Assembly: GCA_973895155.1 (NCBI GenBank)
Contig: OZ316899.1
Span: 12,339,834 to 12,403,833, forward strand
Direction of reading: 5' to 3'
Length of the DNA: 64,000 bases
DNA from: Marsupella aquatica
Taxonomy: Eukaryota; Plantae; Marchantiophyta
In this document: positions 1-11,057 of the stretch, piece after piece
How positions within the stretch are numbered: position 1 is the stretch's first letter
How the letters are laid out: each line of letters starts with the position of its first letter
The notes under the pieces: model-generated
Databases searched by the model: none
What the model was told of the DNA's origin: nothing
Seen by the model: the letters and a program-made list of their open reading frames with translations, nothing else
Made by a program: the position numbers and the translations under genes

Positions 1-2885
1 TTGGCGGTTATGTGGACCTCCTCTGCGTCCCTCAGCCCCTGCTTCCACTTTTCCCTGTCCTTGACCGCGTTGGCCAACTCTCCTTGGGTCCGAGTCAGTT
101 TATCCTTGATAATCTGATTGCCAGACTGAGCGGCATCCAATTGTCCTTGCATGATGTTTAGCTCATGCCGCTTAATCCGCAGCTCATCTTGGGCTTTCTT
201 GGCCGCCTGCAGGACTTCCACCTTGGCTTCCTTCTCCCTAAGCCGCCAGATGACCTCGTCCTTCTTGCTTCTCTCCAAAGCCACCGCTTCTTCTAATCGG
301 TGCTTCTCCAACATCTCCCTCTGGAAAAAAGGTCCCTGCTCCAACTCCTCTCCAAAGATGCTGAGCGCCAGGTCCCCACACATCTCCCCGTACTCCATGG
401 CTCTATCTTTAGCATAGGTGGAGTAAGTAGAAGTCATTGGCATCAACCACCTCGACCTCTGTTCCCAAGCCGCCTTGCAGATTTCTTCTACGGTGGCAAG
501 AGGGTTGCTTCTTTTTTTGGCAAGCCGCCTGATGTCCTCCGGCCAATCTCCTCCTGGTAAATCTTTCTCCCTAGCCAGGGCTGCTTTCACTTCCTCCCTA
601 AGTTGCTCCTGAAATTCTTGTGCCGTCTGCTTTATGCCGTCAAAGCTCGGGGGAGCAACCTCTGGTGGGGGAGACTTGGGGCTACTCTGCTGGGTGGGGT
701 CCCCTCGAACTACACTTGGAAGCATGGGGATAAACCGGCCACAGGTCCTTACTCTTGGAACATGATGATCCGACCCATAGCCGGAGTTATCATTGCTGTA
801 GTCCTCCACCGCCTCCTCCACTGCTTGGACTCCCGGCTTCCCCCTCTATTCCCCTGGTCCTGCCGTGAAAACGGCCTCACAGATCATGGGCTCTTGTTCT
901 TCCTCTGGGTTCCAGGTTGTCCTCTCCCTCTGCTCTCCGCGGGAAGGAGCCTTAGGCTGCTCTGCCTCCGATTCGGGGCTTGAGGCTCCCACATACATTT
1001 GCACTCCCGGCTTGTGTTCCGGCCTCCTTCTCTCCTTGGCTCCGGTAAAGGGGTTTTCCCTCCTGAGTCGGCTTAGGCCGGCCTCTAGGGCAGTGTCCTG
1101 TACCGGTGTCGTTGTCATTGCTGGTGCCGTTCTCTCCTTCTCCAGCAGTTTCAGTAGATTCTACATGCCTGATTGCTGCATCGGCAAGTCTTCTTTCCTT
1201 GGCCGAAACACCTGCTCGATCGTAGGACTGGCAGGCTGGTTGGGCTCTTCTGTTGCCGGCCTCTGCTCCGGAACCTCCTCTGGTGCCCTTGCCGATAGGG
1301 GAAGTACTGGGGCAAAGATTTGACTTTTGGCATATCGGCACAACAGCGGCATGTGATAGCCAAGCCGAGACACGCTTCCCACGCCGATCACCTGCTGTTC
1401 CTCCTTCAAGATCTTCTTCAGTTGGTTGAGGAGGTACCCGTTGTAATCCCGGCTTGGGTCTGGCCTTTCTGCCAGGTAGACTTGAGCCTTGCCGATCTCT
1501 GCCCTTGGCAAGTTACAATGCATGGTCACCCGCAAGAAATCGATCATCTCTCCGATGTGTGGGTTGGTGTAGGTGTTCCGAAAGAAGCCATTCTTTGTTG
1601 ATGGTCTTGGGAACGACCGGAACTCCTTGTCAGGTAAGGTCTTCCTGGTATCAACCTTGGTCTTATTACCCATCGGCAAGCCAAACACCTTGGCAATCAC
1701 CCGGGGAGTGAGATAGAAATCCTTCCCATACACCCTCGTGGAATTGGTCTCGGGTTCCCATGATCCCATGAATTCTAATAAGTCTGAGTCTGGCACCTCC
1801 GGCTTCAGCCATGGTAATCTTACAAAGGTTTCCAAGCCGGATCCGGCCATGAAGCCCTGGTACTTCTTGGTTTGCATGGCCGTAAAGCATGCATCCTCCT
1901 CCCGTGCAAAATGTAATTGCACTTCCTCTGGTAGGGTCGCCGCCCAGCCTTTCCAGGTGTCATCCCTTGTTGGAATGGCATTGATGGGATCGACCTCCTC
2001 CTCTTTGGCTTCTCCTTGCCTCCTGTTCTGCTGCTCTGCTGGTTTCCTTGGTGCCGCCGACCTCGTTCTTTTTGCCGGGGTGGGTCCCAACGTCGGCCTA
2101 AAGATCTGCGCTATTGTGGGGTTGTTGGGCAGTTTGGGCTTCCTTACTGCCGGCCTCGGCTCCAACTCCTCTTCCGGCACCCATGCCTTTAGAGGGAGTA
2201 ATGGCGCAAAGATCTGACTCCGGGCATACCGACACAACAGCGGCATGTGATAACCAATCTGGGACGCACTCCCCTGGCTTATCACTTGTTGTTTCTCCTT
2301 TAGTATTTTCTTCAGTTGGTTAAGGAGGTACCCGTTGTAGTCCCGGCTTGGGTCTGGCCTCTCTGGCAGGTAAACCTGTGCTTTGTCGATCTCCGGCCTT
2401 GGTAGGTTGCAATGCATTGTCACCTACAAGAAATTGATCATTTCTCCAATGTGCGGGTTGGTGCAGGTATTTTGGAAGAAGCCGTTCTTTGTTGATGGCC
2501 CGGGGAACGATCTAAACTCCTTGTTCGGTAAGTTCTTCCGGGTTTCTACCTTGGTCTTGTTGCCCATTGGCAAGCCAAATACTTTGGGAATCACATTGGG
2601 AGTGAGATAGAAGTCCCTCCCATAGATCTTGGTTGAGCTGGAGTTGTGGTCCCATGATCCCACGAATTCTAGCAAGTTTGAGTCCGGCACCTCCGGCTTC
2701 AGCCACAACAATCTAACAAAGTTCTCCAAGCCCGATCCGGCCATGAAGCCTTGATACTTTTTGGTCTGCATGGCTGTAAAGTATGCATCCTCATCTTGTG
2801 CAAAATGCAATTGTATTGCCTGCGGTATTATTGTTGCCCAACCCTTCCATGTGTTGTCTCTAGTAGGGATGGCATTGACTGGGTC
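1..2885 (-). pseudogene. Two fused, truncated pieces of the family-A LTR ORF (1-~2083 and a more diverged piece ~2084-2885), giving a tandem PMD-like domain
   Basis: ORFs 2424-2810, 1161-2423 and 846-1118 match the 56536-59829 protein. The MHCNLPR..YAxSQIFAP block occurs twice in ORF 1161-2423. There is no LTR terminus at the junction. Confidence 0.85.
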
Positions 2886-3983
2886 AAGAGTAAAACTAGA
2901 TCTCCTGTCTAGATACTAACTGATTTCAGCTTTTTGTCGTATTGTTGCTTCATGGTGTTCTGCCTATGTTCTACTCTTTATGCTGAAATCATTCTTTCGT
3001 CTTCTAAGGCCTCTAATTTATATTCTTGCTCTCTTAGAGTTTCTTCCTGTGACAATCTCTCCTTAATTGTAACTTGAAATGTGTCACGTCGTCAGCCTAG
3101 GCCTTAACCCAAGCTTTGGCTTAGACAGGCATATCCTCCGTTAGTATGAGGGTTCGGACAAGGAGGGACGCACAGACTGCACCTAACTCCCGTAATCTAG
3201 CGCTAAGTGCGACTACTATCACTTACATACACTTCCTAGGTATGATTTGTGTTCCGCTGCCGGAACATACCTTAGTCGATAGTGGGATCGACCTCGGCTT
3301 AGGGCTTCTAAGCCTTTGTGCTATCCGCCTTCAATCCGGATCCAATGATACGAGCATTCAACCCGGACTCATAGCCACTCCTCCACGACCTGCAGTCCAT
3401 GCACGGCTCGGGTAGTGTGCTCGGCCAAGCATTGGCACCCATACATGAGATTAATACATGAACACACACACACAAGCATACAATCTTGGTTTACACGAAG
3501 GAAATAATGGGAAAGGATTTTACTTCACAAGTCAACACACACTTATACTTGGTTGACCCAATAGCTCTTGAATGAACAGGTCCAAGGCCGAGGGGCGCAC
3601 ACTACAACGGAGCCCGACTCCGCACTCGCCCAACAAGCTTAGTCGTACCCCCTCCCCTCGGTACTCTTTCACTCACAGAGATCAGGACTCCCCGCACATA
3701 CTGCGGATGTCCAACTCTGAGACTAAACCCCCCCCCCCCCTTGGCTCTACCAAGGGGTGCACTAAATACTAAGGGCTGAGGACCGGAGTGGCCTTGTGCC
3801 CAAATATTCACTAACTAAGATCCTAACTAAGCTGGCTGTGAGGCCGGAAAAGGGTTTGTCTTATTAGAAGATTCTAATCTACGCAGGCCAGACAGCATGG
3901 CAACACCGCTTTAACTAGGGCAGGCGCTTGTCCCTATAGCCTGATTTAGCTACACCTAACTCTATTTTAATCTTACTCCACCG

Positions 3984-6527
3984 CTAATGCCTGGCACGCT
4001 TGCCAGAGCCGCCCGAGTGGGAGCGGCTATCCCGCTGCCTTTTGAGTCTGTCGGCGTCCTGCTTGAGTAGCTCTACCTGGTCCAACATAGATTTGTTCTC
4101 TTGCTTTGCCGTTTCCTCCGCGGCTTCCTGGGATGCCTCCTCTAGTTGCTGTGCATCGCTCGTCAGCTTATCCACCAACTGGGCTTCTTTGTGGCTTCTC
4201 CTTGGATCCGTGCCACTTCCGCCTTCAGGGCGTCTATCTTGGTTGCGTCTTGTTGGGACCGAGCATCGGCCTCCTCTACATCCTTTTGTCAGCTAACAAC
4301 TTGCCCCTTCAAACCGTCAATCTGGGTCCGAAGCAATCTTGGAGTCTTTTCCAAACCCGACCTACTCTGCTAAGGCTGCCTGGGCCCTGGCCTTGGCAAC
4401 TTGATCCTCCGTGGCTGATACCTGAGGTCATAGTTGTTGGAGTTGAGTCTCTAGGGCCACCACTTTGTCCTTCAGGTACGCTGACTCAACCCGGTACCGC
4501 TCTATTCTTTGCATCATCTCAGCCTGCGCATGTCCTGCCTTTACAACGGCAACCAACTCCTAGTTGAAGAAGTAGGCCACCTTCCGTGCCATGTATTCCC
4601 CGGTATCCCGTGCAATTTGTTGAGAGAAATCTCCCAACAACCCGTTCAGAAATGTGCTTGGCGCAAAGAGTTTCGGGTGGTCCAGACTATGCCCTCTAGA
4701 TTTGGGCAAGGACAGACCCCAGCCCGTGCGGGAGTTGGAGTGGAAACGTCCAGCCCTTGAGGTAAGTTGGTCGAAGGGGCTGGTTTCACTGGAGCTGGGC
4801 GGTTCTCCTGCATAGCCGTGGGGGGTGGCGGGATCTCCTTGGCCACCGTAGTGTCGGGTTTGGGTCTGGTCTCAGCCGGCCCGACATCAATCGCGTTGAT
4901 CTGGTTAATTGCATCCAGGGTCGCAATAACTGTGTCTACGGGTATGCTTGGCGGGGCGGTAGCAACTGGTTGCGGGGCCGGGGTAGCAGGGCTTGCGGCT
5001 GCCAGGCTTTGGGCCTCGGCTGCGGTCGCTTCTCCTGAGCTGGGAATACCTACTTTGATGGGGTCAATTCAGTCTCATTGCTACGGGGAAGGCTTCGGCG
5101 GTTGAAACGGGCATACCACTCGATGATGATCTCGATGTGGCTTGCAAAGTACGCCTTTTCGCCAAGGTATAAGGTCTTCCTTCTCCGCTCCATCTCCTCA
5201 TGGAACTTCTTGACAAAGAAGGATGCCCACCTCCTAGGCCAAAAGTTATCTACTTGTATGACCTGGGCGGCGGATATTTCACCCCGTGGTTCCATCATGT
5301 GGAGGGCATACCGCTGGAACTCTAGGCGTTCTGCTACCTCCGGGATGAGGCACGTCCTCATCAAGAATCTGTTGTCCACTGCTCCCTTGGTCGGGAAGCT
5401 AGAAGACTGGTATTTAGCTCCCTTGCCCCCAGGAGCCCGCAACTCTACCCGGTTTATTCCTTCAGGTAGCCCTAAAATCATCTTCAAACGTGCCTCATTG
5501 AGACACATCACTCTCCTGTGCGCTCGGGTTTGTTGGCGGGCCTCGTCAAAGTTCTCTCAATGAACTGCGTCATATCCTGCCCGTAGTACCTGCTTCCATT
5601 CCAAGGGAGAGAGGCGAGATGCTCAAACCCTTGAGTCTTCAGGTAGCATGCATGCTTGGGGTGGAGGATGTTCTTGTGAACATTCTCCCCCATGCAATGC
5701 ATGGCCAGGTTGGCCATTGCAACCGTGGCCAAAGGCAGCCCGGATACAGCTACGGGTTCCTTTCTCTTCCTAACCTGAGATTGATTCCCGGGGTGGCTAG
5801 AAGAGGGGCACATCTCCCCATCCTCCCAGTTGGGTGGCGGTAGCGCTACCGCCGTGCGTATTGGTGCGGGGGCCGCTACAGTTACTGTGTTATCCCCTCG
5901 GGCTTGTTGGAGTGGCACCGGGTTGCTTGGAGCATGCTGATTTGTATCCCGCGGCCGTCGGTTCAGGGGAGGGTGAGCCTCCTCGTCTTCAGAGCTAATA
6001 TTTACCGCATTTACCATGGATCGCACCCGAAGAGGTGGTTCAACAGGTGGTGGAGATTGGCTTGACTGAGGCCGAGGTGGTGGTGGTGCAAGTACCAACG
6101 GATTGGCGCCAATTGCAGCTAGGGGAGGTGCCATTAGATTCAAGAAGTCCCTGGGGAAGTCGAGTGTCATTAAGATAGGAGTCTCGGTTGTTTGGGCAGG
6201 GCCAAACTGACAATCTATGGATGCTTGAACTCGAGCGAGGATATGGTCGTAGTGGTGCGGCTGCAAGTCTATTGTGCCCAGGAGACGATAAACCCTGTCC
6301 GAAAGCCAAAGGAGCGCTTCCCAAAAACCAACGTACTTCTTGTCGACAAAGAAGTACTCGCTGATTTTGTTGACTCGGCAAAGCTCACTCTGGAATGGGA
6401 GGTCAAAATTTCCGTTATAGTGATTATGGCCGGCTAAGTGAATGGCTCTCTCATAAGCTTGTTTGGTCTCGTTCGGCGCGGCTTGACCTTGGCTAAGTGA
6501 CTTCCCACGGATAGGAATTGCAGCCAA
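3984..6527 (-). pseudogene. Decayed LTR-encoded protein of family B (PMD-like domain + C-terminal coiled coil), homologue of the family-A LTR ORF
   Basis: ORFs 5508-6527, 5050-5511, 4646-4846 and 3984-4178 are linked by frameshifts and stops. GFEHLASLPW, ILGLPEG and RTCLIPEVAERLEFQRYALHMMEPRGEISAAQV align to GLEAFVRLPW, VFGLPMG and NTCTNPHIGEMIDFLRVTMHCNLPRAEIGKAQV. The true start codon is uncertain. Confidence 0.75.
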
Positions 6528-6662
6528 AATTGAAGGGCCAAACTAGACAATATCGTGATAAACACCCAGGAGTGACGGTGGGCGACCAAGGATGGACAAA
6601 GTGGCTGAGATCAAAGCTGGCGCGCGGAATGGAGTGTGGGTGTAATACGAGAGAATGGCCCT

Positions 6663-6671
6663 CCTTTTATA
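6663..6671 (-). promoter_or_regulatory. Candidate TATA box of the family-B LTR
   Basis: TATAAAAGG on the minus strand, ~355 nt from the LTR 5' end and ~135 nt upstream of the ORF. Confidence 0.5.
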
Positions 6672-9600
6672 CTCTGAGAGCGCATCATTTGACAGGCCCC
6701 TCCTCCTTCCCTATAGGTCAAGCTTTTCACGCTCATAGTGTATTGGCCACTCGCAGGTCCGGTTCAGAGCGTGTCAGTGGCCGCCTCCGAGAATTTGTTA
6801 TACAGACCCGAAGGGTCCCTTACACGCTTGTAACCCGGAAGTACAAATGGCGCTCCGCCGCCATCCCGAACATAAATGCACCTTATTAACTAATGATTCC
6901 CTAGTCATAAGTACTACCTAATTAGTGTTGTTATGCTAATAACTATGGCCTACGATGCCCCTAATGCGCGTGTTAAGCATGGGCTAGGCCAAATCAATCA
7001 TTAACCGTCGTGCTGGCGGCGTCACAAAATGTAGGAATCTCAAGTTGTATGGGTACTAAAGCTTCCTATCCGAAGGTTAAGAAGAAAGGTGTGTGGCTGA
7101 TGGTTGACTTGTAGGCTAAATTGTAAGCAAAGACAGCAGCAAAAAATTTGTCATCCCAATCGATTTTGTTTTGGGCCACTGTCTTGTTTTAAGATCTTAG
7201 CAATGATGCCATTTGCTTGTTTGGTCAGCCCATTTTCTTTTGGGTGGTAAGGGGTGGTAGGCCAATGACATACTAGGTACTACTCATTTAAACGGTTGAC
7301 TATATCATTCAAGAAATGAGGTCCTCTATCACTCACTAATTCTAGGGGTGCTCCATACCTGGTAAAGATTTGCTCATATACAAAACAAGTCGTGGTGACG
7401 TCATCATCCTTTGGCGTTGGCCTGGCAGACAGACTTGGCATTTGAACAGCCTAGCAGAGGACTTGGCGTTTGAAATGCTTCTCAATGGCATACCTTCGCG
7501 GATTGGTATCAGCGAGAAAAGCTGCAAGATGGCTTCCTATCAAAAGAAATTGATACCAAAACCGGACAGCTGAACTGGAAAGGATAGGGCCGGTCATATG
7601 GCAAGGTGTGTTGGGTTGCTAAGGGGGAGATGGAGGAGCTGATAAGTTGCAAAACTCAACTACCTTAACACTTAGCTCCAACGTCGTTGACTCCAACGCC
7701 AAGCTCCCTTATGGTCTAGGCCCGGATAGGCCATTTGGGGAGGACTTAGCATGAGGAGACTTGTGGGCAATGGAATGTGGCACTAGCGAAGGCAAGGCGC
7801 CAAGATGGTGACACACACTAAGGACTTTGACTAGCTGAGAGCTGGTTGGGTCAAGGGGAAAGGGGCGGGCTCAAGGTTGACCGTCCGGACTCTCGGACAG
7901 ACTTTGAGTTCAAAGGGCTTGAGTGAGAGCTCCTCTTGGGCCCAAGGCCAATGGAGTTGACGCCATGAGCAACGGATGCTTGGGGCGCGAGTTATGGCCT
8001 GATCCAGGTTTGGCTGATTGGGGGCCCCGAGCGGCAATGAGACCTGAGGGCCTAGGCATGAGCACTGGATTGGCCTGGTCATAACGGGCTAAGGCACTCC
8101 GCTTGCAGACGCCTAACTAGGAAGTTATGGGCGTTGCTAGTTGGTGGTGCACCCAGACATGCGTGATAGAATCCGGGTTGTGGCCCAAAAAGTTGAGGAC
8201 CAAAGTTTGTTTGAGGGTGGAAGGTCCCCAGAATCATATATGAGGGGAGTGGTGTCTCCCTGGGGGCTAAGGGCGAGCCAAAATTGTGAGCCGCAGCGGT
8301 TGCGACACTAAGGGAAAACGCCAAATTAACTGAAACAACGATAACTTCCCAACGGAAAGTCTGTTGGAAGACTCCTTGGATGCTTGGAAAGCTCTCAAGG
8401 AGGACTACATCCTCCTGAGCTTATCTGGGTCTGGGGGCGCCATAGGTTCTCAAGGTTTGCGGATGTTATCATGCCCGCGTGCCAAATCCTGCCGAAACAG
8501 TAGCCAAGCTGAGTTCAGTCTCTCAAGGGAGCTTGCATTGGGGAGACAAGGCCAAGTAGGCATGGAGGTTAAGTTCCAAGGGCACTTGGCCCCTAGAACA
8601 TCAGCAGGGCAAGAACCGGGAGTTGGTTGCTAGAGTCGGGGCCATTCTGGTCCCGATGCGTTGGGACAATCTTGGGACAAGCTACGCTATTTGGGCCATG
8701 AACATGTCTTGGGGCCAGGGCGGTCAGTTGGTGATGGATAGGTACTATGACGGGGTCCTCGACCCCGAAGACCAACATTAACTGTCTACCGAAGGTGTTT
8801 TTTGGTAAATAAACCAGATGTGAATTTTCTTTAATTTTCATTTCCTTAGCACAACTACGTTAATTATGTTATTATGAGTCATGGCGGGCCAAGGGGCAGA
8901 TGAGGGAATAAAATTAGGCATCTCAAGGGGATACCACCAATTAATATTTGGAGACCCCGACAGTTTTCTAGGCCCCGATGTAATATTGGGGAGCAGTTAG
9001 TTTTTTTTTGGGGGGGGCGGCTATGGGGACCCTTTGTGGAGGCCCATTTTAGTGGGGAGGTTTTTAAGGGGGGTTTAAAACCCCTCTATTGGAGGACGGG
9101 AGGCGCGAGCCAAAGCCCACCTATGGAGCGAGCCGGGAGTCGAGCCCTACATAGGGCCGCAAGCCGGGGGGCATTATGTGTCCTGGGAGGCGCCAGAGCC
9201 CACGAGAGGGAGCCGGGGCAGGTGGGCGCAGCAGCCGCAAGCAGGAGGGGCAAGCCATAAGGGCAGTCGCGAGCTGGGAGGTCAGTGAGTTAAGGAGCTG
9301 GGAGGCAGGAGGCAGGTGGCAGCCGGATAGGCATTAAGGCTCCCGAGAGCCAGGAGCAAGAAAGGGCAAGAGGGAGGGGGGAGACGGGCACAAACCTCTA
9401 CACTATGAGCCAGGAGCAGGAGGAGCGCGCCAGGTGGAAGCCATGCAGGAGGGCCGCGAGCCAGGAGGGTGCGGGCCCAAGGTGGGAAGTACGCGTGTGT
9501 GTGTGAGGGGGTTAAATCCCCCAATCCTGGGGGGTAGGTACAGGGCCGGTGGGAAGCAGGGCAAACCATCCCCCCCGGGGAAGCAGCTAGACAAGGGCGA

Positions 9601-11057
9601 GGCACCAGGGTGACCCCCTCATGTTTTTTTCCCTCATTCTAGCCATTCCCTTAGAGTGCTGAAAGCTTCATGTGGTGCGTCCCATGGCTCCCTGAACCCA
9701 AGAAACCCCCCTGCACAAGCCGATTCCCGCAGGTTTTGCTCTTGCCGAGGCCGGTTTTGCGGCTTAGCGGCATGGGACGCTGCTAACTTTGACTAACATT
9801 TTACACACATATACTGGACAGATCCTTCATCGGGTCATGAGATGTGAAGCCGGCCTCTTCTATGCCTTCCATTGTCCTCCTCTCCTGGTCTCCCTTTAGG
9901 TATGTTTGGATTCCGCCATCGGAATTATCCCCAACTGGCTTGGGTAAGCCGCTAAGACCTCTCTCAGCTCGACACATCCAACTCTTACTACCTTGCTTAC
10001 TCCCTTCTTGGTTGATGTGGGCATCTTCAAACAAGTTAATGCGACACACAAATAGCAAAATGACTCCTTCTGACTGAGTTATACCATGCACTTGCCATAC
10101 AAATAGTACTTCTCATACACAAGATCTGCGAACTAAGCCGTGAGGCCAACTCTATTCATCTCTTAAGTATGAGGAAACATGAATATACACACGGGTCACA
10201 ACATAACTAACCGAGAGCTTCTTTAACTACTTGATCCCAGCCCTGCTGGTGCACTAAAAACTTGCTAAGGAAGAAGGCTCTAAACCTCCCCACTGCCCAG
10301 GTACTTATCCTGGCAGTGGATCCGCCCAATTCCTTGCAACGTAAGCCTAATCTAACCTGACCGTAATCTACCTATGTACAGCAAGGCAGGAGCACAAGTG
10401 TTGCTCTTACCAATGGATCCGCAATCCCACTAAGCTAAGTGTCAGGGCCGCCTCCTGGTCCTGATCCTAATTCTAAACTTGGAGATCTGAGCCCGCCTTG
10501 CCCACTCACGCCTCCTCCCTCCACGTCCGCCCTCCTTAAAAGGAGCGGCCCTCCACCACCGTCATGGTAGTGGTGGCTGATCCTCAATGGACGCCCCCAA
10601 CACTTCCTCCGTAGCCACTACCGTAGGTCCATCATCTAACAGATTACCTGCTCTGGACCGAGTCAACTCTCCATCGGCCTGACTGGGTCCACCCTCAGCT
10701 TCGGCCTCAGCATCGGCCATGGCCTCCAATATGGTTCCGGCTTCCCCGGCCTGTTCAAGTGGTGGATTTGGTACACCGGCCTCATCACTGAGCATTCCGG
10801 CTTCGCCCTTGCCATCCCGGCCTTGTAGGACAGTTGGATCCTCTGTCGTGACCCTGCCTGAGGTTGGTGCCGGGTTTACCTCCTTGGTCACGATGGCTTG
10901 AGAAGCCGTGTTACTCCCCGACCCAAAAGGTTTTCGCTTTTTCTTCTTCCTTGTTTCGGCAACTAGTCCCTTCCCCTTGCCACTTACCTCCGGCACCGGT
11001 GCGAGTGTCTCGGCTTGTCCTTCGGCCAGTACTACTTCTGGCAACTTGGTTTCCCCT

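Larger units (their letters stand above)
3082..7026 (-). mobile_element. Solo LTR, family B, 3945 bp, gene-containing
   Basis: TG...CA termini; 5-bp TSD AAATG at 3077-3081 and 7027-7031; no gag/pol inside; the minus-strand start TGTGACGCC resembles family-A TGTGATGCC. Confidence 0.85.
2886..7425 (-). pseudogene. pol: Ty3/gypsy integrase remnant (2886-3081 + 7032-7425) interrupted by the family-B solo LTR
   Basis: The sequence resembles the integrase at 39730-40310 and 62630-63210. The stretch ...aattgtaacttgaaatg|taggaatctcaagttg... is restored when 3082-7031 is removed. Confidence 0.85.

Noticed and set aside
151-1323. Recurrent short antisense ORFs over the LTR gene (e.g. MMFSSCRLIRSSS)
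   Set aside because: They are shadows of the E/K-rich sense ORF and recur only because the LTR is repeated.
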